Below, one piece after another: positions 10,156 to 19,424 of a stretch of DNA of 64,000 nucleotides. Location: contig OZ244999.1 in NCBI GenBank assembly GCA_965223265.1, positions 6,272,001-6,336,000 of the forward strand, read 5' to 3'. Numbering within the stretch: the stretch's first letter is position 1; each line of letters starts with the position of its first letter. A program made the translations under genes and the position numbers. The notes under the pieces were generated by a model that was not told the DNA's origin, made no database searches, and saw only the letters and a list, made by a program, of their open reading frames with translations. Source of the stretch: Planctomycetota bacterium. GTDB taxonomy: Bacteria; Planctomycetota; UBA8108; SXIK01.

Positions 10156-10212
10156 GCTCACTCCTCGCCTCAGTCGATCACCCACCACTTGTCGAATGCG
10201 CGCGGCTCCCGC

Positions 10213-11595
10213 TCAGCGTTCGTGCCCCGATCGTGGCTTCTCCTCCACTCTCCTAGCCGGGCGTTCAAACCCAACCCCGTACGCATCCTGAGCGTAACCG
10301 TCAAACGGCGGCGCCAACTGCACGTCGACGCGGATATCAACACAATTGAGCTCGCCGCTGTCGGGATCGAGCCGACTCGCTGCGGGTGAGCACGTGACGT
10401 CGAAGCCGTGACGGGGCTCCCGCAAGAGTCCCCAGGCGGCGAGATGCCGCAAGAACGCTTGCACTTCTCGTTCCACACGCCGGCGCATCATCGGATGGTG
10501 CAGTTCCATGACAACCCACCTGGTCCCAAATTCGAGCGAGCGGCGAAGCCCTTCCCACCGGCGCCACGCCTCGAGAGCACGCAGCGCCGTGTCAGCCGCT
10601 CCAACCTTGGAGAGATCGGCGTCCCCAACCACGGCACGCGGAAAAGCTGCGGAGCGGTGCCGCGAGTACGAAAGTTCGTCACGAAAATCCGTCGACTCGA
10701 GCGCCGCACACAAAGCCCCCGGTCGCGTCCAAAAAGGGTTAGCAGCCTGCTGAAGCAGGTCCTTCGACCGCGAAGTTGGTCCCTTGACGCGCCACTCGCC
10801 GGCTGCGCCAGGACGGCCGCATGCCGCTGGCGGCCACAGCTCGATGGTATTGGGCCTCACCCAACGAAGCGATCCACCGAACTCTGCCGCAGCCTCCGCG
10901 GGGGGAAGCGGCCGAAGCAAGACGAAGAACTTGTCAGGACGGTCCTTCGCCAGCTCGACGACACGTTGACGCCGCGCACTCGAGAGCCCGCTCAGCACGA
11001 CGGTCGTGACCGCCTGAAGGTCGGCAAGCTGATACACGCCCGTGCGCAACCCGGGACGCTCTTCTTCCCCGATCCAATCGGACGTCGTCGCTGCGGCGCT
11101 TGCCAAGCGCGGTTCATCGAGAATCACCGCGCGCCGAGCGCCGCAGCGAAGAAAGTCGAAGAGCGGCTCAGAACCAGTCCAAAACCGCTGCCACTGCGTC
11201 GCAGCGTCGTTCGCCGGCTCGATCTCTATCTTCGCTTCCTCGTGAACCTCGCTGGCCGCGCCCAATTCCACCCCTTCACCACCGCCGCGGAGGGCGCTAC
11301 CGCTGAAACTCACGAGAAGCGGGACCACTGAACCGGACGCAGGATCGCGAGCCGCATCGCGCCCCGGATCGTCGTGCGATACGCTGCTCGGATGGTCGCC
11401 ACTACTGCCGGTCGCAGGAATGTCGAAACCGAAGTCCCCGGCGAACGCGGTATACCCGAGACCACGCCAAGCGAGGCGCGCGTCACGCTCCGTGTTGCCT
11501 CGGAGGCGGCCCACCGAAAGTGCGGCACCGAGACTGCAAAGCTCGCTCTCGCTAGTCGCGAGCAAAGAAGCGAAGAGTTGCTGCTGGGGTGTCAC
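10213..11595 (-). CDS. Tail sheath-like protein, highly divergent
   Basis: DWIGEEERPGLRTGVYQL (cf. D.IG...RTGL.AL) and C-terminal RRWEGLRRSLEFGTRWVVME...EVQAFL...GLL...FDVTC...LAPP, a remnant of the sheath C domain; sits between cap and tube genes. Confidence 0.7.
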   Translation of the reverse strand: MTPQQQLFASLLATSESELCSLGAALSVGRLRGNTERDARLAWRGLGYTAFAGDFGFDIPATGSSGDHPSSVSHDDPGRDAARDPASGSVVPLLVSFSGSALRGGGEGVELGAASEVHEEAKIEIEPANDAATQWQRFWTGSEPLFDFLRCGARRAVILDEPRLASAAATTSDWIGEEERPGLRTGVYQLADLQAVTTVVLSGLSSARRQRVVELAKDRPDKFFVLLRPLPPAEAAAEFGGSLRWVRPNTIELWPPAACGRPGAAGEWRVKGPTSRSKDLLQQAANPFWTRPGALCAALESTDFRDELSYSRHRSAAFPRAVVGDADLSKVGAADTALRALEAWRRWEGLRRSLEFGTRWVVMELHHPMMRRRVEREVQAFLRHLAAWGLLREPRHGFDVTCSPAASRLDPDSGELNCVDIRVDVQLAPPFDGYAQDAYGVGFERPARRVEEKPRSGHER

Positions 11596-12233
11596 GATGA
11601 AGGCCCCTTCTCTAGGACAACGCTACGCTCGTGAACTCGCTGTACGAGCTCGAAGCGCTCCGAGGCAATCGGGCACGGTACTTCGAACGACACCGTCACG
11701 CGGTGCTCAGGCAATCCGATCCGCCGCCAACCGTCCGCCTCAGCGACCAGCTCTACGGGCAAGCGATAGGTGGACGGCTCGGCCGGCGCGTCCGCGACGG
11801 AGACGTCGCTGGCATCCAGCTCAACACGATCGCCGTCGACAGTCAGTTCGACGCTGCCAGCATCGCGCAGCGACCGCAGTGCCCCAGCAAAGGCGACGAG
11901 CTGTTCCTCAAGGCCACCGCCCGCAAGGAGAAACATGTAGCCGGCCCGCACCCAGAGCGGTGGCGTGTGAAGTGGCTGTTCAAACGACGCCGCGCTCCCG
12001 GTCGCCGTGGTCTCAAAACCGTTCTGCCGCAGACGGAGATCCGGCACGACACTGTGCAAGTAAAGAATCCCGAAAAGGCCTTGGCCATCCGCTGGAGCCG
12101 ACTCGATCGCATCGAGTGGATGGCCGAAGAAGACAGGCACACGTGCGGCGTCCGGCTCTTGGAGGCCATCCTCCAACAGGCCGGAGAGCTTCTGGCTGAG
12201 CTCAAAGAGCACCCTCGATCCCACCGGCAGCAC
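11592..12233 (-). CDS. Pvc16/Afp16 (DUF4255) tail cap/terminator-like protein
   Basis: ELSQKLSGLLEDGL...LYLHSVVPDLRLRQ...PPLWVRAGYM...EEQLVAFAGALRSLRD; first gene of the operon, as in eCIS loci. Confidence 0.75.
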   Translation of the reverse strand: MLPVGSRVLFELSQKLSGLLEDGLQEPDAARVPVFFGHPLDAIESAPADGQGLFGILYLHSVVPDLRLRQNGFETTATGSAASFEQPLHTPPLWVRAGYMFLLAGGGLEEQLVAFAGALRSLRDAGSVELTVDGDRVELDASDVSVADAPAEPSTYRLPVELVAEADGWRRIGLPEHRVTVSFEVPCPIASERFELVQRVHERSVVLEKGPSS

Positions 12234-12530
12234 CTCACTTCACGACTCTTCACAAAAACGCGCTGGGACCCTCGGCCTTCCACACCATTGGATCAAGTCG
12301 GCCGGCCACGGCGTCTGGCAAAGCCCGGGAGACACCCGACGACGTCGGGCGACCTCGTGGCTCCTTTCCTCGTTCGACGGAGACGGTAAGACATGCTCCG
12401 ATAAGTGTCAATGGTGCGAGCGTTTTTCCTCGCCGTGCGGCGCCGCCCAGGATTCCGCGTCCGGAAACAGAGTGACAGCGTAAGGCGCACCGCAGAAATC
12501 ACTTAGGAAGAGCGAAGGTACGGAGAAGAC

Positions 12531-13022
12531 TCAATCAGCGCCGACCTGCAGCAAGTAGTAGGCTCCGAGCTCGGCAGCCGACGAGAAACAAAACGCCCCT
12601 CGACCTCGCTGCCGACCGACCAGCTTGAGAATCGGCCGATACGTCCCCCAGTAGGGGTGCACCGCCAATAGATCGAAGACACCCGTAACTCCGGGTGCGG
12701 TGCGGTCTGAGGTCACCTCGATTGCGCCGCTCATGGTGTCGCGAAATCGTAGCCTACAGTTGGCACCGCGGAGCTCGAATTCGACACCCTGCGGATGCGA
12801 GTGTGGATCTGTAAGCTCGGCAGGCGACGCTTCGGATTCGGCGGTGTGGGCGCGTGGCGTGGAGCTAGGTGACGAAGACAAACGCTCGCGCAGCGTGGCG
12901 TGGAGATCGACAAAGAGGCGAGTCACCGCGGCCGCTCGACGAGTCTCGCTCGCAGCCTTCGGCATCTTCGCGGACGGTTCGTCAGCACCGGCGAATGCTC
13001 GGGCAGCTGTTTTGCGTAGCAC
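12531..13022 (-). CDS. Hypothetical protein
   Basis: 163 aa; strong RBS AGGAGGAGG before GTG; co-oriented with the FHA gene and CIS operon. Confidence 0.6.
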   Translation of the reverse strand: MLRKTAARAFAGADEPSAKMPKAASETRRAAAVTRLFVDLHATLRERLSSSPSSTPRAHTAESEASPAELTDPHSHPQGVEFELRGANCRLRFRDTMSGAIEVTSDRTAPGVTGVFDLLAVHPYWGTYRPILKLVGRQRGRGAFCFSSAAELGAYYLLQVGAD

Positions 13023-13161
13023 GCGGCCTCCTCCTGGTCATCGCATCGATCTCACGCTTGGCAGCCCGTCGCCGCGCGGCACTGACGATCCGAGCCTCGT
13101 CCCCGACGCGCGTCGCTCCAAGAACTCCACGATACAAGCGTAGCCCGGCGTCCGCGGCCGA

Positions 13162-15144
13162 TCACTCGCCTGGTTCCCTATCCAGCCTGCGGTCAACGCC
13201 GAGGTTCCGCACGACACCTTCAAGCTGCCTCTTCTGCGCAAGCAGCCGTGCCGCCTCATCCCCCATACGTCGCCGAGCCAGCGCACGCTCCTCGCGAATC
13301 AACCGATCCTTATCACGTACTTTCTGTTTGAGTTCTTCGACGTACGCCTGCATGACGACGACGTCACCTTGCAGCTGTGTAAACTCCGTGCGAAACGTTT
13401 CGAGTTCGAGAAGGTCGCTGGCGTGTTTTGCATGCGCTTCCTCGAGATCTGTTGAGAGCGATTCGACGACTGCCGCAAGCTTCTCCTCCTGCCCTTTGAG
13501 CTGCGCGGTCTCACTGCGCAGTTGCTCCTGCAGTCGTGCCGCACGTTGTCGTTCATCGTCCAGGGCGCTCTTGAGTTCGAGCGCACTCGCCTCTCGAGCT
13601 TCTGATCTAGTTTCAAGCTCACCAAGCCGGCGCCGAAGCGTCTCGAGCTCTTCCAGCGCTGCGTGTGAGCGGCGTGATGCTTCAGCGGCGTGACGCTGGG
13701 AATCCGCCAATTCACGCTCGAGAGCCGCGGTCTGCTGTGCGTGGCGCGATGCGGTCTCGCGCAGCCCGGAGCTCTGCACCTCAGCATCACGGGCTGCAGC
13801 CTCCGTCTCGGCGAGTTGGTGGCGAAGGGACTCCTCACCCGCCGTCAGACGCGCGCACTCGGTGCGCAGAGTCTCGAGCTCGTCGCGCAGCGCCGTGGCT
13901 TCCTTCTCAAGGCGGGCGCGATCATCCGCAGCCCGTTCGAAGCCGCGCATTTCGCTACGCAGGGAGTCGATTTCGAGGTCAGCCTCCTGCGAATGAGAAC
14001 GCAGCAGCATTGTTTCCTCAAGAAGCTCTTGAACCTTCTTCTCAAGCGACTCGCGGACGCCAAGCTCACTCTCCAGCTGCTCGCGCGCACGAGTTGCCTT
14101 CGCGGCGTTCTCAACTCCCTCGCGCACGGCGTCGAGAAGACGGGATTCGATCTCAGCGAGCTTCTGCTCCTTGGTCTCGGCAGACTGATGCTGGGTCGCG
14201 AGTTGCCGTTCAAGGAATGCCGTTTTGTGACGCTCAGTCTCCAGCGCCAGCTCCACCGCTTCCAGCTTCAGCCGCTCCGCCTGCGCCTCGAGCCGCCCAG
14301 AGCGCTCGACATCGACTTGCTGCCTTAGGCTTTCGAGCTGCTCCAGCGAACCGTTCGTCTCCCGCCGCACCCGCTCGAGATCCCGCTCACTCACTTGTAG
14401 CGCTAACGTCGTCTCACGCTTTTCCGTCTCGGATTTCGCCAGCGCCTCGTTCAACTGGTCCTTGTCGGCACGCAGCTGTTCGAGATCCTGACGCAATGCG
14501 TCGACTTCTTGGCGAGCACGTTCGACGTGCTCTCTCTCGCTCTGCGACATCGTCGCCACGGCGGACTCACGCCGACGAAGCTCCACGAGTTCCTTCTCCG
14601 AGGTTTGGAGTTTTCGCCGCAACTCGCGAACTTTCTTCTGAGCGCCGCTCTTTCCTTCTTGCGCTACGGCAAGCTGTTCCTCGATCTGGATCCGCTTCTT
14701 GTCCGCCTCCTCGGCGCGTCCGCGCCAGAGCTCTCGATCCGCTTCAGCACGCTCAGCGCGTTCTTTGAGCACGTCGGCGCCGCGCTGCAGCTCCGCCGCA
14801 GCCACGCCGAGGGGCGCCATCGATGCCGACGGCTCGGTAGCCGATCCCGGAAACTCACAGCGGATTTCGCTTCCCCCCACCGTCAACGTGTCGCCTGAGA
14901 GTAGCTGGCCACGTTCGATGCGAGCGCCGTTGACGCGCGTGCCGATGGCGCTGCCGAGATCTTCGACGAAGAGCTCATCACGCTCGAGCCAAATCTTGGC
15001 GTGATTCCATGACACCGCGGGATCACGAAGGTGGAGGCTGGCGTCGCGATTGCTCCCAATGGAGCATGGCGCAGCGGAAGAAATCTCGATCGCGTCGCCT
15101 TGTCGCGGCCCGCTGAGCACCACCAATCGCGGTCGCTGGTTCAC
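13162..15144 (-). CDS. FHA-domain protein with a very long coiled coil
   Basis: LVVLSGP...IGSNRDASLHLRDPAVSWNHA...EDLGSAIGTRVNG...GDTLTVG, then about 550 aa of E/R/L/A heptads; start set at GTG 15144 (GAGGAG RBS). Confidence 0.88.
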   Translation of the reverse strand: MNQRPRLVVLSGPRQGDAIEISSAAPCSIGSNRDASLHLRDPAVSWNHAKIWLERDELFVEDLGSAIGTRVNGARIERGQLLSGDTLTVGGSEIRCEFPGSATEPSASMAPLGVAAAELQRGADVLKERAERAEADRELWRGRAEEADKKRIQIEEQLAVAQEGKSGAQKKVRELRRKLQTSEKELVELRRRESAVATMSQSEREHVERARQEVDALRQDLEQLRADKDQLNEALAKSETEKRETTLALQVSERDLERVRRETNGSLEQLESLRQQVDVERSGRLEAQAERLKLEAVELALETERHKTAFLERQLATQHQSAETKEQKLAEIESRLLDAVREGVENAAKATRAREQLESELGVRESLEKKVQELLEETMLLRSHSQEADLEIDSLRSEMRGFERAADDRARLEKEATALRDELETLRTECARLTAGEESLRHQLAETEAAARDAEVQSSGLRETASRHAQQTAALERELADSQRHAAEASRRSHAALEELETLRRRLGELETRSEAREASALELKSALDDERQRAARLQEQLRSETAQLKGQEEKLAAVVESLSTDLEEAHAKHASDLLELETFRTEFTQLQGDVVVMQAYVEELKQKVRDKDRLIREERALARRRMGDEAARLLAQKRQLEGVVRNLGVDRRLDREPGE

Positions 15145-15470
15145 GCCAACTCCTCTAACCACGAGAAAACGTGTAGCCCTCTAGGGCGGGGACCGATAGG
15201 TTCCCAACTCCCATTTCCCCGGGCCAGCACAAAGAACTTGGATTCCCAATGGCCAGCGAGTTTAACCGAATTCTTCTGCAAAACGGAGCCACAAAACATC
15301 CCGGTGATCACCGACGCGGGGCGAGCAAAAGCGGCGCCGTGGAGGGCACGATGTTTTCACAACACTCGTCTGTAGACACACGGCTTGCGGAGCGGTTGTA
15401 GAAACTGCTCGGAGACAGCCGGTAGAATCGCGCCTTTCCGTCGAAGTCTGAACAAACCAAGGTTGCGGCA

Positions 15471-16076
15471 ATGGTCCCGAAGCTCTCCTGCCCCAATTGC
15501 AACTCGCCGCTGACTGCAGAACCCGCCCACTGCGACGTTTGTGGTTATCGCACCGAACAAGCGGCCGAGTTTCTGTGGCTTTACCTTGGGGGAGCGGTGA
15601 TCACGCTACTCGGCTTTGGCTTCGGCGTGATCGCGGTGCTCAGCGAAGGTGCCGGGCTCGATCATTGGAGTCGGGAACTCCGCGGCTGGTACCCACTCGG
15701 GCCTATCGCTGGCGAATCCAACTGGCTGGCGTTTCTGATCACGGGAATCGCGCTCACCGTCGGTGGCCTCGGAATCACCCGCCGGAAACTCTCCGCCTGG
15801 TGGCTGCTTGTGATCCTGACGCTCTATCAGTTGATTTGGCCGCTGCTGCAAACGACGCAATCCTCGGCGACAAGCCTCCTGGCAATGGTGCTGACGGTGG
15901 GCCACTTGGCGATCGGTGCGCTACTGTTACGGGCGGGCGCGGCGCTGCGCCGCCTCCCAGCTCGTTCCGCAGAGGTAATGCAGCACCAGGCGCGCCGACT
16001 GCAGGGAGGAGCGGAGGCGACTGGAAGAAACTCCAACGCTCAGGAAACACCAGCCCAAGCACCTCCAGACAACTGA
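15471..16076 (+). CDS. Membrane protein with N-terminal zinc ribbon
   Basis: CPNC-x10-CDVC followed by about 4 hydrophobic helices. Confidence 0.7.
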   Translation: MVPKLSCPNCNSPLTAEPAHCDVCGYRTEQAAEFLWLYLGGAVITLLGFGFGVIAVLSEGAGLDHWSRELRGWYPLGPIAGESNWLAFLITGIALTVGGLGITRRKLSAWWLLVILTLYQLIWPLLQTTQSSATSLLAMVLTVGHLAIGALLLRAGAALRRLPARSAEVMQHQARRLQGGAEATGRNSNAQETPAQAPPDN

Positions 16077-16246
16077 GAGATGCGCGAAAGATGCTAAAAA
16101 GACGTTCCAGACGCGCTTCTCGGCGACGAGAGCTCGCGACAAAACGCTGCACGCGACGCCGTCGCCGCCGCGTACTCGGTCCGTTCATGCACGCGCTACT
16201 CAAAAAGCTTGCATGCACGACCGTTGCCCACGAAACTTAGGCGCTG

Positions 16247-16492
16247 ATGGAAATCACCGTACTCTTCTTCGCACGAGCCCGCGAACTCGCTGCGACTGAC
16301 ACTGTGTCAATCGAGCTACCTGAGTCCGCGCACGTCTCCGATGCGATCGGCGTTCTCGGTCAGCGCTTTCCTGAGCTCGGTCCACTGCTGGGAAGTTGCC
16401 GCACCGCCGTCGATGAAGAGTTCGCCGCATGCGAGGCACCGCTTCGCGACGGATGTGTCCTTGCGATCATTCCGCCAGTGAGTGGAGGTTAA
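16247..16492 (+). CDS. moaD: Molybdopterin synthase sulfur carrier subunit
   Basis: ITVLFFARARELA...IIPPVSGG C-terminal diglycine. Confidence 0.95.
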   Translation: MEITVLFFARARELAATDTVSIELPESAHVSDAIGVLGQRFPELGPLLGSCRTAVDEEFAACEAPLRDGCVLAIIPPVSGG

Positions 16493-16653
16493 GACCCGTT
16501 GCGCGAGTCAGCCGGACGCCGAACCAAGCCGATCGCTTCGGACACGAACGCCGCTTCGTCTCGCGACTTTCATACACCGACGCGCTCAGCGATCGATCTC
16601 TCGGGTCGATCCCGAATGCTGATTTCACCGCGTCTCAGGAGCTGACGATCGCC

Positions 16654-17061
16654 GTGGCAACCTTGGTCCATAGCCAGATCGATTCCCAAGCGATCGCTGC
16701 CCGCGTCGCAGGCGCCGACGCCGGAGCCGTTCTGACGTTCAGCGGCGACGTTCGCAATCACCACATGGGACGCGAAGTCACGGCGATTGACTATCACGCC
16801 TACGAAGCGATGGCACTCAAGGAAATCCATCGAATCGAGGAGCAAGCGCGATCCGAATGGCCCAACTGCCGCATTGAAATCGTGCACCGGCTTGGGTTCT
16901 TGGAGCCCGGCGAGACGAGCGTCTTTATCGCCGTGGCCTCGCCACACCGCAAGGAAGGGTTTGCGGCGCTCAGGTTCGCGATCGATCAGCTCAAGGAAAC
17001 GGTGCCGATTTGGAAGAAGGAGATTTACCCGGACGGATACGCATGGATCGAAGGCTCATGA
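16654..17061 (+). CDS. moaE: Molybdopterin synthase catalytic subunit
   Basis: GAVLTFSGDVRNH, YHAYEAMA, HRLGFL, VASPHR, LKETVPIWKKE; start moved to GTG 16654 (CAGGAG upstream). Confidence 0.95.
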   Translation: MATLVHSQIDSQAIAARVAGADAGAVLTFSGDVRNHHMGREVTAIDYHAYEAMALKEIHRIEEQARSEWPNCRIEIVHRLGFLEPGETSVFIAVASPHRKEGFAALRFAIDQLKETVPIWKKEIYPDGYAWIEGS

Positions 17062-17084
17062 ACTCTACACCAAACGGAGGATGG

Positions 17085-17510
17085 ATGTTGGCATCGCATC
17101 AGATTGGTCATCGCCATTGGAGAAAGTGGCCCCTTTGCCTCCTCGCGCTCTTTCTGCTGCCGAGCTGCGCGATTCTCGGACGACAACAAATCGATCAACG
17201 GCTCTCTACTGACGCGGTCAGTCAGGTCAAAAAAGGAATGACCAAAGAGGAGGTCGTCACCACTCTGGGAGCACCGCAGGAGATCATCTTCAGCAACAAA
17301 GATCATGATCCGTTACGGGAGCACGCATACGTCTACGAACATCAAACAACGCTCTACACGGCGATTTCCTTGGCGATCCTGACGTTCGGCAACATGGATC
17401 AAAAGAAGGATCGTGTCGTCGTTTTCTTCGGTGACGACGAAACTGTCTCGTTCGTGGGTGCCAGCCTCCACGCTCAAAACGCCGCCTACGGATTTCCGTT
17501 TGGCCGATGA
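17085..17510 (+). CDS. BamE/SmpA-OmlA-like lipoprotein
   Basis: Lipobox LLPSC; VKKGMTKEEVVTTLGAP...YVY...VVVFFGDD; GGAGG RBS before ATG 17085. Confidence 0.7.
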   Translation: MLASHQIGHRHWRKWPLCLLALFLLPSCAILGRQQIDQRLSTDAVSQVKKGMTKEEVVTTLGAPQEIIFSNKDHDPLREHAYVYEHQTTLYTAISLAILTFGNMDQKKDRVVVFFGDDETVSFVGASLHAQNAAYGFPFGR

Positions 17511-18619
17511 GAGGCGTGCCTTCACAGCGCCGACGCGAACATGGCGCCCCCAAAGCGAAGAGATTCCAAGCTAGCGCACAATGCCACTGGCGCCTGGCGG
17601 TGATTTTGAGTGCCAGTGCGTTCATCGCCGGCTGCCGAATCGACGTGCTGAGAGTGCGCACTGGCACTCCGATCGCCCAGAAGGAATTCGATGAACTCAA
17701 AACGGGCGAGACAACACTGGAGGAGAGCCTCGAGAAACTCGGCGCGCCCGACAGAGTCGACATTGAACCTGGCGATGATTTCCTCTGGTACGAGTACGGT
17801 GATCGACTCGACGTCGGAATCCGTTTTCGATTGCCAACACCGATTCCCTTCTATCAGCACAACTTCGTTCGACTCAACGAGATCTCCCAGGATCTCAACG
17901 CGATCCAACTCATCTTCGACGACGATGGAGTCTTGAAGGAAAAGAGTGTCCGCGTTTCGCCCGCGTACTCAGATGGCGCGAGCACGGGGCGCGGTTGGAA
18001 GCTCCACGTGATACCGCGCTTCTCACATTCGGTTCTCACTCTGGGAGACGCCGGCGTCGATGACTACGATGAACTCTTCGACGACGGCTTTCGAGCAGGA
18101 CTCGACCTCGGGTTCCAACCTGTGCCCGTGCTCAAGCTACTCGTCGGCGGGAGCTTTCAAGAGCATCAAGGTCGCACACGGATCTTAGGCGGCAATCGAG
18201 TGGCCTTCGACGACCTGCAGATGGTCGACGTCCACGCCGGCGTCCGCATGGCCGCGCCGGTCCAAGTATTCACCGCGTTCACCGACTTCGACTACGTCAA
18301 ACGGCTACTCTTCGATGAGAAGCTGAATCAACCGCAAGGCTTTCGCATCTACCTCGAGGGCACCACGGGTGCGACGTTTAGCTTCAACACCCCTGTCGCG
18401 ATCAACGGCGTGCGCGCTGGAAATTTCTACGACAATTCTGTCCAGACCTCTAGCACGGTGGGCCTCGGATTCGAATATGGCTGGAACTGGGGACTCGTCT
18501 ACCTGGGCGGTTCGTATCAGACGATCGACGCATTCGACGAGGGCAGCTCGCCCATCGATGACGACGCCGGCGGCTGGCAAGCGATCTTCGTCACCGGTGG
18601 ACTGGATTTGCGCTTCTGA
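17507..18619 (+). CDS. Lipoprotein with BamE-like N-terminal domain and outer-membrane beta-barrel C-terminal domain
   Basis: FIAGC lipobox; LKTGETTLEESLEKLGAPD; aromatic/Gly amphipathic strands; C-terminal GGLDLRF beta-signal. Confidence 0.6.
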   Translation: MRGVPSQRRREHGAPKAKRFQASAQCHWRLAVILSASAFIAGCRIDVLRVRTGTPIAQKEFDELKTGETTLEESLEKLGAPDRVDIEPGDDFLWYEYGDRLDVGIRFRLPTPIPFYQHNFVRLNEISQDLNAIQLIFDDDGVLKEKSVRVSPAYSDGASTGRGWKLHVIPRFSHSVLTLGDAGVDDYDELFDDGFRAGLDLGFQPVPVLKLLVGGSFQEHQGRTRILGGNRVAFDDLQMVDVHAGVRMAAPVQVFTAFTDFDYVKRLLFDEKLNQPQGFRIYLEGTTGATFSFNTPVAINGVRAGNFYDNSVQTSSTVGLGFEYGWNWGLVYLGGSYQTIDAFDEGSSPIDDDAGGWQAIFVTGGLDLRF

Positions 18620-18665
18620 CTGGACGCTTTTGACGTAGCAGCTCGCGGTTGAGAGGCGAACGACT

Positions 18666-19358
18666 CTACGGCCTTTCAAGCACCCATAGAGAGAGGTCGG
18701 ACAAAGCGGTGGAGTGCAGTAAATACGTCACCTGCTGATCGATCGCCCGATCAATGGTCCCGCGCAGCAAGTCGTCGAGGCTCTTTGGCGTTTGTGTCGC
18801 GTTTCGTGCCACGTAACCCCACATGTGTTCAAGGGCGTTACGAAGACGACCCGTCGTCGGCGGTTGCCGCAGGATCAAGGACAATTCTGTCGTCAGATCG
18901 TCGAATCCAGGACCTCTGTTCAGTCTCGCCACCTTCCGGCCAATCGTGCGATACAGATTGGGATCCCGCGCCAGGACCGAATACTTGTGTTGTGCCCACA
19001 GCACATCCGCACGCCCCGGGAGCGGGATACGGCCGTGCTCACGATCAGTGTATTTCCGCCGTAGGATCCGAAACTGCTCCGACGGGCTGTCGACGAATTT
19101 GTCAGGCCAGCGGCCCGGTCGGCCCCGGTGTGTCACCGGGGATTGATGTCGATACCCGCGTAGTTTCATCTCGGCAACGATGGCGTCGTGTCTCCTCCTC
19201 GCTGCCCAAAGATGCCCCATCCACCGAACCGTCTCCGGGTGCCGCGAGTATCCCCGCTTCCGGTTCGCAAGAACCGAAATCATGCCGTGGATCTCGCGAT
19301 GTTCTCCGAGGAGACTCTGGCGGTTTAGGTAACCGGGATGGACGTCCCAGACTCTCAT
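18666..19358 (-). CDS. Pyrimidine dimer DNA glycosylase (T4 EndoV-like) fused to a DUF1722-like domain
   Basis: MRVWDVHPGYLNRQSLLGEHRE...HPET...EMKLRGYRHQSP; LWAQHKYSVLAR...NALEHMWGY...YLLHSTALSDL. Confidence 0.8.
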   Translation of the reverse strand: MRVWDVHPGYLNRQSLLGEHREIHGMISVLANRKRGYSRHPETVRWMGHLWAARRRHDAIVAEMKLRGYRHQSPVTHRGRPGRWPDKFVDSPSEQFRILRRKYTDREHGRIPLPGRADVLWAQHKYSVLARDPNLYRTIGRKVARLNRGPGFDDLTTELSLILRQPPTTGRLRNALEHMWGYVARNATQTPKSLDDLLRGTIDRAIDQQVTYLLHSTALSDLSLWVLERP

Positions 19359-19424
19359 GACACGACTCTCTGCGGGAAAAGTCTACACCGGTGAGCTACC
19401 GGAACGCGCGTCGAGGTACTCAGT

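Noticed and set aside
3028-12233. Prophage or T6SS
   Set aside because: No capsid, terminase, portal, integrase or lysis genes, and no TssJLM/TssK/ClpV; the cap, gp19 tubes and Afp7-like gene point to eCIS lineage
15277-15291. sigma54-like TGGCTCCGTTTTGCA upstream of the FHA gene (minus strand)
   Set aside because: GG-to-GC spacing is 9, not the obligatory 10
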